From contig JANPLU010000071.1 of the NCBI GenBank assembly GCA_031422435.1, positions 1 through 21,336 of the forward strand: a stretch of DNA of 21,336 nucleotides, read 5' to 3'. Shown in pieces: positions 1 to 8,303 of this stretch (within the stretch, counting starts at the first letter, position 1; each line of letters begins with the position of its first letter). The position numbers and the translations under genes are program-made. Origin of the DNA: Acaryochloridaceae cyanobacterium VAR_48_metabat_390. GTDB taxonomy: Bacteria > Cyanobacteriota > Cyanobacteriia > Thermosynechococcales > Thermosynechococcaceae. The notes under the pieces were generated by a model. It had not been told where the DNA came from, made no database searches, and saw only the letters and a program-made list of their open reading frames with translations.

Positions 1-1440
1 ATTGAAGTCGCAAAACTATACGGTAATGCATCCACAACTTTTTCAGACATATTTTTAAGTAATTATCAATTACTTAAATCTCTAACTCGCGCTGGATTGC
101 TCCTAGATGCCTTGCCAGTAGCAGAAAAAAATAAAGAGTTACTGCGCCAGCTTTTTGAGAACCAACTGCTACCGTTAAGCCAGGAAATTAGACCTTATAT
201 CATTACATCTGCTGGTCTTTTAGCCTATTCGCAAGATGATGCTGTTGAGCATCGTTATTTCCAGAATAATGTTGGAAAATTATTCACTGAGAATCACAAT
301 ACATTTAAAATCAAAAAAAAATTACCTTATATAAATAAAGAAATAAAAATAAAAATTGGCTATATCGGAAGTACGCTCAGATCACATTCTGTCGGATGGC
401 TCTGCCGATGGCTATTTAAATATCATGATCGCAATAGATTTGAGATTACAACATACTTAGTAAACCAAGTTCCAGGAAATCACTTTTATGAACAGTGGTT
501 TAAGCCTAATGTAGACTACTCAAAATATTTTGATGTCAATCATCAAGAAATCGCGAACCAAATATATAATGATGAAGTTGATATTCTCATTGATCTAGAT
601 AGTATTACCCTTAACATTACTTATGAAGTAATGGCGCTTAAGCCAGCGCCTATCCAGGTTTCCTGGCTGGGCTGGGATGCACCTGGCCTATCAACGGTTG
701 ATTACTTTATTGCCGATCCTTACGTCTTGCCTACAAATGCTCAGACCTACTATCAAGAATCTATTTGGCGGCTACCAGAAACTTATGTTGCGATTGACGG
801 TTTTGAAGTCGGCACTCCTGACCTGACAAGACAAGACTTAAATATCCCCAGTGATGCAGTCGTATTTTATAGTTCTCAAGCTGGGTCAAAACGACATCCA
901 GAGACAGTCCGGCTACAGATGAAAATTCTTAAAGAGGTTCCTGAAAGTTATTTTTTAATTAAAGCGATTGGTGATGGAGAAGCGATTGAAGCACTATTTA
1001 TAGAATTAGCTGAGCAAGAGGGAGTTTCTCCAGAACGGTTGCGATTTATTAGTTTCACTAAATCTGAGTATACACATCGAGCTAATCTGCAGTTAGTTGA
1101 TATTGTTTTAGATACCTATCCCTATAATGGTGCTACGACAACCCTTGAAACGCTATGGGTAGGCATTCCGTTAGTTACAAGAGTTGGTAACACATTTTCG
1201 GCGCGCAACAGTTATTCCTTTATGGTAAATGCTGGATTAAGTGAAGGGATTTCATGGACTGATGCAGAGTATGTTGATTGGGGCGTTCGACTAGGCCGTG
1301 ATGAAAAGCTACGTCAAACAGTCACCCATAAACTACGAAAATCCCGTCAAGCATCTCCTCTGTGGAATACTAAGCAGTTTGCAGGTGAGATGGAAAATGC
1401 TTATAGAAAAATGTGGCAAATCTATCTAGAAAAAAAATAA
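1..1440 (+). CDS. GT41 O-GlcNAc transferase/SPINDLY-like glycosyltransferase, paralog 1 (5'-truncated by the window edge)
   Basis: Frame 1 is open from base 1 (IEVAKLYGNAS...), so the TTG at 97 is unlikely to be the true start. GT41 catalytic motifs: KIGYIGSTLRSHSVGW, DILIDLDS, KPAPIQVSWLGWD, DYFIAD, SKRHP, LDTYPYNGATTTLETLWVGIPLVT, SPLWN. Confidence 0.93.
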   Translation: MEVAKLYGNASTTFSDIFLSNYQLLKSLTRAGLLLDALPVAEKNKELLRQLFENQLLPLSQEIRPYIITSAGLLAYSQDDAVEHRYFQNNVGKLFTENHNTFKIKKKLPYINKEIKIKIGYIGSTLRSHSVGWLCRWLFKYHDRNRFEITTYLVNQVPGNHFYEQWFKPNVDYSKYFDVNHQEIANQIYNDEVDILIDLDSITLNITYEVMALKPAPIQVSWLGWDAPGLSTVDYFIADPYVLPTNAQTYYQESIWRLPETYVAIDGFEVGTPDLTRQDLNIPSDAVVFYSSQAGSKRHPETVRLQMKILKEVPESYFLIKAIGDGEAIEALFIELAEQEGVSPERLRFISFTKSEYTHRANLQLVDIVLDTYPYNGATTTLETLWVGIPLVTRVGNTFSARNSYSFMVNAGLSEGISWTDAEYVDWGVRLGRDEKLRQTVTHKLRKSRQASPLWNTKQFAGEMENAYRKMWQIYLEKK

Positions 1441-1524
1441 CATAAATATATACGTGCAACGAATACACTTATTGGGAAAAATAAATACTAGATTAGATCG
1501 CGTTGTAATGAGGTTAAATGCTTA

Positions 1525-3714
1525 ATGACTAAACTCCCTTGGCGTAATCAGGAACAAGAGTTTTTAGATCAAAATGCTCTGCATCAAACCATAAGTACCT
1601 TAGAAGATTCCATACAAGCAGATCCAACAAATCTCACAAGCTATTGGAATTTAGGATTAGCCTACCTTTTAGAAGGCGAAGAAGAAGCTGCTCAGCTAGT
1701 CTGGTTAAGTGCAATTGCAGAGCAAAATGCCGAAGACTATGATAAATCAATCCGTGATTTAGCACAAACACTTAGCACTTGTGCTAATCAACTCATCGAA
1801 ACTGGTGAGTTTCAGCAAGTTTGGGTGATCCGCCATCATATTCGTGAGTTTCTGCCTCAAGAACCTCTTAATCTACTTTATATTATTGAGTTGTCTATTA
1901 AACTTAATAAATTTTCTGATGAGCTATTAAGTGAGCTAGGCATCCTTAAATTATTTCAAGAAGATCTTAAATTAGAAATTGATTTATCAGATCTCATTCG
2001 TGTGTTAGAACAAGTCCTACAGTTTCCTTTTCCTGAAACACTACATTTTGCAAAAGTTTGCTTTCCATATTTAAAGTCAGACAAAAAATGGTCAAAAATT
2101 ATTATATCTGCGGCTGTAATTCATTTTTACAGCCGCAGATTAATTTATTTTGCGATTGCACTTATAGAACTGTGTTTAGAGTGTGATCCTAACAACATAG
2201 CAGCTTTAGGTTACTTGCCACGCCTTCTAATTGAATGTCATCGTTATACCGATGCAGTTGCCGCAGCCAAGCGTTTTTATAATTATTCCTCAGATGAAGA
2301 CACTCGGTTCTTCTCATGTTGTATTTTGCTACAATCTTTGATGCGAGCAGGTGACTGGAATGAGATTCCAATTGCAGGTGATGAAGTTAAGTTCTTGATT
2401 TACAGTCTAATAAAAAAACAATCGACTCAGCTCCCTCTTAATACGATTCAGTTTTTGATTTTGAATGCTAGCTTATTTGTATATCTTCAAGATAATATTG
2501 TTGAAAATCGCCGATTACAGAATCAAGCAGCTCAACTCTTTCTGAAAAATATTGAAGCTAATGCTTCAGCATCAAGCAAGTCTAACTTAAGCATAGAAAA
2601 AGAAAAAGGAATCCGTCTTAGAATTGGATATATTGCCAGTACTTTTAGGACTCATTCAGTTAGTTGGTTATGTCGATGGTTGTTTAAGTATCATGATCGA
2701 GAGAGATTTGAAATATATATATATTTGGTTAAACAAGCTCCTCAAGATGATTTTTTTAATAAGTGGTTCGTACCCTATATCGATCAGTATAGATATCTTG
2801 ATAATGGAATTGATGAAGCAGTTGATATTCTCCGACATGATAGCTTAGATATTCTAATCGACCTAGACAGCCTAACCCTTGATTTTACCTGTACAGTATT
2901 GGCTTTCAAGCCAGCTCCTATTCAAGCTACCTGGCTAGCTGGGGACGCTTCTGGCCTGCCTACGATTGATTATTTTATTGCTGATTCTTATGTTTTGCCA
3001 GATAATGCCCAGAGTTTTTATCAAGAAACTATTTGGAAACTCCCTCAAACCTACATTGCTGTTGACGGATTTGAGATTGGAATTCCAACACTTCGAAGAT
3101 CAGACCTTAATATTCCAGTTAATGCAGTTATTTATTGGAGCAGCCAAGTTGGATATAAACGCAACCCAAGTATCATTCGCCTGCAAATGCGAATTTTAAA
3201 AGAAGTGCCAAATAGTTATTTTCTAATTAAGGGATTAGGCGATCAAGACACTATCCGTGACTTCTTTATACAAATCGCTGTTCAAGAAGGAGTCTTGCCT
3301 GAATATCTACGATTCATAGATTTAGCACCTGATGAGCTTACGCATCGAGCTAATCTTCAAATTGCAGATATTGTTCTAGACACATATCCTTATAATGGTG
3401 CTACTACAACCCTAGAAACATTGTGGGCAGGAGTGCCTCTTGTAACGCGGGTAGGCCAACAATTCGCAGCCCGAAACAGTTATGCATTTATGATGAATGT
3501 CGGTGTAACTGAAGGCATTGCCTGGACTGATGAAGAATACGTTGAATGGGGCATTCGCTTCGGCAAAGATGAACTACTACGCCAACAAGTCGCTTGGAAA
3601 CTCAAGCAATCTCGCCATACCTCACCCCTCTGGAATGCCAGACAATTCACCCGCGACATGGAAGATGCCTATCGTGAAATGTGGGCTATTTACGCTGAAA
3701 CTAACTCGCTGTAA
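1525..3714 (+). CDS. GT41 O-GlcNAc transferase/SPINDLY-like glycosyltransferase with N-terminal TPR-like helices, paralog 2
   Basis: 729 aa; GAGG about 10 nt upstream of the ATG. TPR-like N-terminus (DPTNLTSYWNLGLAYLLEGEEEAA; ECDPNNIAAL). GT41 motifs RIGYIASTFRTHSVSW, YKRNP, DIVLDTYPYNGATTTLETLWAGVPLVTRVG. Confidence 0.95.
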   Translation: MTKLPWRNQEQEFLDQNALHQTISTLEDSIQADPTNLTSYWNLGLAYLLEGEEEAAQLVWLSAIAEQNAEDYDKSIRDLAQTLSTCANQLIETGEFQQVWVIRHHIREFLPQEPLNLLYIIELSIKLNKFSDELLSELGILKLFQEDLKLEIDLSDLIRVLEQVLQFPFPETLHFAKVCFPYLKSDKKWSKIIISAAVIHFYSRRLIYFAIALIELCLECDPNNIAALGYLPRLLIECHRYTDAVAAAKRFYNYSSDEDTRFFSCCILLQSLMRAGDWNEIPIAGDEVKFLIYSLIKKQSTQLPLNTIQFLILNASLFVYLQDNIVENRRLQNQAAQLFLKNIEANASASSKSNLSIEKEKGIRLRIGYIASTFRTHSVSWLCRWLFKYHDRERFEIYIYLVKQAPQDDFFNKWFVPYIDQYRYLDNGIDEAVDILRHDSLDILIDLDSLTLDFTCTVLAFKPAPIQATWLAGDASGLPTIDYFIADSYVLPDNAQSFYQETIWKLPQTYIAVDGFEIGIPTLRRSDLNIPVNAVIYWSSQVGYKRNPSIIRLQMRILKEVPNSYFLIKGLGDQDTIRDFFIQIAVQEGVLPEYLRFIDLAPDELTHRANLQIADIVLDTYPYNGATTTLETLWAGVPLVTRVGQQFAARNSYAFMMNVGVTEGIAWTDEEYVEWGIRFGKDELLRQQVAWKLKQSRHTSPLWNARQFTRDMEDAYREMWAIYAETNSL

Positions 3715-3768
3715 CTTTGCTTAATCTCGCTTAACAAACTCGTTGCTGTTTAGATTTCAGTATTTACC

Positions 3769-4320
3769 ATGTCGAATCTTAAGCTACACATTGGGGGTAC
3801 AGAAGCCAAACCAGGCTGGACAATTTTAGATGTTGAAGCTCGTCCAGAAGTAGACATTATTTCTGATGCTGCCAACCTCAAAGATATTGCTGACGATTCA
3901 GTTGCCGTCATTTACGCCAGCCATGTCCTAGAGCATTTTCACTATGGCCTAGAAAATAAGCTCATTCATACCTTGTCCGAATGGTATAGAGTTTTGCAGC
4001 CTGAAGGACAACTATTGATTAGCGTCCCTGACCTAAAAACCCTTTGCTGGCTGTTTCTCAACCCAAACTTTACCGTCTACGAGCGGCACCACATCATGCG
4101 AATCATCTTTGGCGGTCAAATCAATCTGTACGATGTGCACTATGTAGGCTTTGACTATGAAATTCTAGGCTCCTATCTGCAAGAAGTTGGATTTTCCATC
4201 ATAGAGCAAGTCTCCGAATTTAATTTGTTTAGCGACTGTAGTAGTATCCGCATCTTAGATACCCTGATTAGCCTTAATGTAGTTGCTACTAAATTAAAAT
4301 ATATGACTACAAAGTTTTAG
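3769..4320 (+). CDS. Class I SAM-dependent methyltransferase (small, glycan-cluster type)
   Basis: 183 aa. Motif I variant LKLHIGG, then DDSVAVIYASHVLEH and EWYRVLQPEGQLLISVPD, typical of Methyltransf_11-like domains. Confidence 0.88.
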   Translation: MSNLKLHIGGTEAKPGWTILDVEARPEVDIISDAANLKDIADDSVAVIYASHVLEHFHYGLENKLIHTLSEWYRVLQPEGQLLISVPDLKTLCWLFLNPNFTVYERHHIMRIIFGGQINLYDVHYVGFDYEILGSYLQEVGFSIIEQVSEFNLFSDCSSIRILDTLISLNVVATKLKYMTTKF

Positions 4321-4376
4321 TTAGCTAGTTGAACTCTGATCTGTAATAATTAATGAATCTATAATAAATCAATGCC

Positions 4377-6464
4377 ATGTTAAATAATATTAAGTTTTTT
4401 TTAGAAAAATCACCAATTAAAATTTATCAAAGAATTATTGAAAATATTAAATTATCCCTTAACGATTTTGGATGTATAGCTTCTATATTTAATCCGGAAG
4501 ATTTCAGAAATATTAATGATTACGCAAGCTTTATTAACTCAAATAATTTTGATTACTGCATTATATCCAACTCAGATTCTCTCTTTTTATCATATTGCCC
4601 TGAAGCAGATTCATTTTTATTTGAAAAAGTTAACTCTAGCCTTATTTTTATTCATCACGATAATCCATTTAGTAAGTATGCGAGATTGGAGGATATTCAT
4701 TCAATTATTTCTGCATATTTAGCAACTAGAAGTAAATCCTTTCATTTTTTTATTGAATATTCAAATTTTATTGATTTTAAATGTCTAGGAATTAATAACT
4801 CATTTCATATTTATCATTCATCAGAATTCACGCCCTTTAATGAAAGATCATTTCTAGAAAAACTCGATATCTCCTTTGTTGGTCATGTACTGCCAGGGAA
4901 TGATCAAGGGTTAAATCAATTATCTTATTCACACTTTTTGAAGCGTGACTATTGGAAAAGAGTCGTATCTCTAGATCAAGGAAGTGAAGAATCTTCTCTT
5001 TTATTTGCTACTGAAATTTGTGATGACATAAAAGATAAAGTTAAACTATATTCTTTAAAGTTTTTTTATAGAGCAATATTGCATAAACTTTCTATTCCTT
5101 TTCGGGGAGAAATAATTAGTCGAATAAACAAAAATATAAATGTGAGTATCTTTGGAGGAGATCCTTCTTATATTTCAGGAGATGAACGCAAATTAATAAT
5201 GCAAAATGAAAATATAAGTTATTTTCCTTGCACGAATGATTATCGGTTTTCCAATCAAATTTATTCTAAATCTAAGATAAACTTAAATATTACTTCTCTG
5301 CAGTTTGATACTGCGGTTATTAATCGAGTCATAGATATTGGAGCTTCTGGTGGATTTGTTTTGACAGATTGGAAAAGTGACTTGTCAAAAATAACTAGTG
5401 TTAGTGAGGAGATTTCCTATAAAACTATTGAAGAGTTAAACCATAAGATTGAATACTATCTGGCTCATGAGAAAGCAAGACAAGATGTAGCTTTTGAATT
5501 CTGTTCTGATATTGTAAGTAAGTGTTCTTACACTAACTTAATTAACTATATTCTCTCTCAGATAAATCCTATGAAATCAGACCAGACTGCATATCTCAGG
5601 ATTGATTTAGGGTGCGGCCCAAGTAAGCCTGATGGTTTTATTGGTGTCGATATAGGATTTCAGCCTGGAGTTGATATTATTGCTGATCTCAATCGCTGTT
5701 TTCCTTTTGCCGATGACTCTGTTGATATCGTCCGAGCGCATGACACGGTTGAGCATCTGCACGATAGACTTCACACAATGAACGAAATTTGGCGAGTTTG
5801 TAAGCACGGAGCTTTAGTAGAAATCTTAGTGCCTTCTACTGATGGTAGAGGTGCATTTCAAGATCCTACTCATGTAAGTTACTGGAATATTAATTCTTTT
5901 AGATACTATTGTGTTGAATTTCCAGCCTATCTAAGTCTTTGTCAAAAGTACGGATTTAAAGGTCAATTTAGTCTGGATTCTTTGGAGAATATTGAATCAG
6001 AAGATCAAGTTATTCATGTTCTTGCAAAATTGAAGGCTATAAAAAAAAGTGAGTCACCGACTTGGATTCAAGATATTGACTTGAGAGCATTTAATATTCT
6101 TGTCGTCATAGATTGGAGACAAGCTGAAGACCTTCTAACTAAAAAACTTTCTGACTTCTTTAAGCTTGCTAGTACATGTAATGATTTAGACAAGCTAGGT
6201 ATCCTATTCTATCTCAACGGACAAGTTACTTTAGAAAATGTACAGGCAATAATTTATGGAGTCATCATGGACTTGTATTTACAAGAAACTATCGAAGACC
6301 CTGAATGTTTTCATATTAGTTGTGTTCAGGAAATATTTGATGAGCGGAGTGAATTACTATTTCCTTATTTATTAGGACGAATCTCTATAGACAACATTTG
6401 TTTGCCGAATGTTCTCGATATGCTTCCTGTAAAAGCATCAATTTCAGACGTATTTTCAGCTTGA
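4377..6464 (+). CDS. Fusion protein: GT-B glycosyltransferase (CgeB/Glyco_trans_1_2-like) + SAM methyltransferase + unnamed C-terminal domain
   Basis: DISFVG, IYSKSKINLNITSLQFDTAVINRVIDIGASGGFVLTD and EELNHKIEYYLAHEKARQ match the CgeB-like GT C-terminal signature. From M399 (nt 5571): IDLGCG, FPFADDSVD, EIWRVCKHGALVEILVP, AFQDPTH (methyltransferase). A tail of about 130 aa follows. Confidence 0.85.
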   Translation: MLNNIKFFLEKSPIKIYQRIIENIKLSLNDFGCIASIFNPEDFRNINDYASFINSNNFDYCIISNSDSLFLSYCPEADSFLFEKVNSSLIFIHHDNPFSKYARLEDIHSIISAYLATRSKSFHFFIEYSNFIDFKCLGINNSFHIYHSSEFTPFNERSFLEKLDISFVGHVLPGNDQGLNQLSYSHFLKRDYWKRVVSLDQGSEESSLLFATEICDDIKDKVKLYSLKFFYRAILHKLSIPFRGEIISRINKNINVSIFGGDPSYISGDERKLIMQNENISYFPCTNDYRFSNQIYSKSKINLNITSLQFDTAVINRVIDIGASGGFVLTDWKSDLSKITSVSEEISYKTIEELNHKIEYYLAHEKARQDVAFEFCSDIVSKCSYTNLINYILSQINPMKSDQTAYLRIDLGCGPSKPDGFIGVDIGFQPGVDIIADLNRCFPFADDSVDIVRAHDTVEHLHDRLHTMNEIWRVCKHGALVEILVPSTDGRGAFQDPTHVSYWNINSFRYYCVEFPAYLSLCQKYGFKGQFSLDSLENIESEDQVIHVLAKLKAIKKSESPTWIQDIDLRAFNILVVIDWRQAEDLLTKKLSDFFKLASTCNDLDKLGILFYLNGQVTLENVQAIIYGVIMDLYLQETIEDPECFHISCVQEIFDERSELLFPYLLGRISIDNICLPNVLDMLPVKASISDVFSA

Positions 6465-6544
6465 AAATAGTCATTACCTTCGCTTGGACAACCTTGCGAT
6501 CATCGTTAGTCTGGTAAATCGGTGCGCTCGCCTTCCCTTTTATG

Positions 6545-6570
6545 CAACTTAGTTAATGTCGGTTAAGTTG
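6545..6570 (+). terminator. Possible stem-loop downstream of the + strand GT/methyltransferase genes
   Basis: CAACTTAGTT-aatgtc-GGTTAAGTTG: 7 Watson-Crick plus 3 G-U pairs, about 80 nt after the 6464 stop. No U-tract follows, so function is uncertain. Confidence 0.25.
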
Positions 6571-6622
6571 AGGCGTGCGATCGCAGCCAGTTCAGGAAAT
6601 CCATGCAATCGCCAAAGTCCAA
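6563..6622 (-). pseudogene. Possible 3'-end remnant of a DUF4351-type gene
   Basis: The minus strand reads LDFGDCMDFLNWLRSHAST*, like the LLDF...DL.NWL..H C-terminus of cyanobacterial DUF4351 domains. Only 19 residues; recognised by eye. Confidence 0.3.
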
Positions 6623-6649
6623 CCTAGCTAGTCCAACATAGACTACAGC

Positions 6650-7235
6650 GAGCTGCCAATACTTAAGCATTGGTCAAACATGAGATCTGGGAAAGTGAGA
6701 GATGCAATTAGGTCATCGTCTTGAAATTCTATTAGCATCATAAAATTCATGATCTAAAATGCAAAGAGTGATTTTCTAAGTAAGGGGGGCTACGATCTAG
6801 TACTCAGAAATTTCTAGAAGTCCATATCCCGAGTATTTCGAGCGATAGTCCTCAGCCCAGGTAGATGGGCTAACCACCTTGACAATCAGTAATGGCGGTG
6901 GTTCGTTGAGATTAATGACCGCCTCTCGGTCTATCATTGCGTCCCATTGCGCCATAGGCAAAATGGTGACATCAGAGATGCGGGATATTATCCCAACTTC
7001 GTTCATGCGGGGAGTGTCCACCGACAGTCATCTGTTTGCAAGTCCAGATGAGATTTTCTGTTGGATTTGCTTGCGAAACTCGTCAGACAAAAACTCCGTG
7101 ATACTGCCATGTTTTTCTGTATTTACGTTCATAAATATAAGGTCTCCACCAACCAGCTCATAGCGGGTGTCGGTGCTGCCGCCATAGATTAAGTATTCTT
7201 CAAAGGTGAGCTTTCGAGTCGTGATAGTTGTGTTA
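6650..7235 (-). pseudogene. Uma2 (DUF820) family endonuclease pseudogene
   Basis: Fragments in several frames: TTRKLTFEEYL..DTRYELVGGDLIFM..KHGSI; SRISDVTIL..PPPLLIVKVVSPSTWAEDYRSK..EISEY*IVAPLT*KITLCILDHEFYDA; EFQDDDLIASLTFPDLM. A TAG at 6797 replaces the conserved W of EYWIVDP. At least two in-frame stops, at least two frameshifts, and no ATG at the expected start. Confidence 0.9.
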
Positions 7236-7347
7236 TTACTTGATCCTGCGCTTTCGCCTTCTTTATTATCAATTAGACTTAGGCTTAAGGGCATACTAAG
7301 ACAACAGCTATTAACGGCAATAATCTATTGCACTAAATCTCAGTGCT

Positions 7348-8172
7348 ATGACAAACTCTACAAAATTGACCGCTCCAATCTCAATTGTGACCCGATGGCA
7401 TCAGCTTCTGCTGACGGTGTTAATCATTTTGCTCAGCTATGGCACTATCGTCCAACTTCAGTTTAGCCGTCTCTCTCAACTAGACCGCAAGGCCAACCAG
7501 CCCCTCACTAAAGCTGAATATTTACGCGAAGAACAGCAAATTAAAGCCAGTCTTCAGCTCTTAGATAAACTGCCAGCTTTTGGGTTTGACAATCTAGTGG
7601 CCAACTGGTCATTCCTTAACTTTTTACAATACTTCGGCGATGATCAAGCGCGTCCTAAAACGGGGTACCGTATCACCCCCAACTTTTTTCAAGTTATCGT
7701 TGATCGAGATCCACGTTTTTTGGCAATGTATCCGTACCTCTCTGCAAGTGTTTCACTTTATGGCGGACAGCCTCAGCAAACTGTTCGCTTGCTTCAGCAG
7801 GGGATAAGCAAAATTCCTTCCGCAATGCAGTCAGAAGCATACTTTCTATGGCAGGCTAAAGCCACTGATGAACTGCTATTTTTAGGTAAAACCCAAGATG
7901 CTCGGCATTCTTACGAAATGGCTGCAGCTTGGGCGAGTCAGTCAAGCGATCCTCAACTACAGGCGATCGCCATTCGTTCCCGCCAGACCGCCCAATTTCT
8001 CGCCACCAACCCCGATAGCCGCCGCGCCAGAGTTGGGTCTTGGTATAACATACTGACCAATGCGATCGATGACCCTACCCGCCAATTTGCAGCCAAGCAA
8101 ATCAAGGCCTTAGGCGGCGAAATTGTTCAGCGAAATGGTGCTTTTCAGGTGAAATTACCGCAGGCCGATTAA
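7348..8172 (+). CDS. Conserved membrane-anchored helical (TPR-like) protein, resembling pilin-cluster accessory proteins (PilG/XapA-like)
   Basis: 274 aa with an N-terminal hydrophobic segment (LLLTVLIILLSYGTIV). Motifs FGFDNLVANWSFLNFLQYFGD and DRDPRFLAMY, which I recall from proteins encoded beside pilA genes. Family assignment is from memory, not from a search. Confidence 0.6.
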   Translation: MTNSTKLTAPISIVTRWHQLLLTVLIILLSYGTIVQLQFSRLSQLDRKANQPLTKAEYLREEQQIKASLQLLDKLPAFGFDNLVANWSFLNFLQYFGDDQARPKTGYRITPNFFQVIVDRDPRFLAMYPYLSASVSLYGGQPQQTVRLLQQGISKIPSAMQSEAYFLWQAKATDELLFLGKTQDARHSYEMAAAWASQSSDPQLQAIAIRSRQTAQFLATNPDSRRARVGSWYNILTNAIDDPTRQFAAKQIKALGGEIVQRNGAFQVKLPQAD

Positions 8173-8303
8173 TTATCCAGCTTCATTGGGTATCCTCACT
8201 GCTGAGGGTGAAATAAATCTGTACAGATAGTTTTGAGGTGCGGACTCTGGGTGCGCAGCTTAGCGATCGCCCTCTCCTCACAGTACCCTTTCTAAAAGCT
8301 GCT

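Noticed and set aside
2189..5807. Short ORFs inside the GT41 and fusion genes (2189, 2624, 2966, 3518, 4516, 5607)
   Set aside because: Alternate-frame or antisense shadows of well-supported CDSs, with no recognisable motifs.
7330..7346. Inverted repeat GCACT-N7-AGTGC just before the 7348 ATG
   Set aside because: Arms are only 5 bp, there is no second copy, and I recognise no regulator consensus.
6797..7466. ORFs 6797-7021, 7028-7294, 6879-7163 and 7206-7466 as separate genes
   Set aside because: The two minus ORFs are pieces of one Uma2 pseudogene. The plus ORFs are antisense or overlap shadows.
8191..8210. Hairpin TATCCTCA-ctgc-TGAGGGTG after the 7348 gene
   Set aside because: An 8-bp stem with two G-U pairs and no U-tract; too weak to call a terminator.
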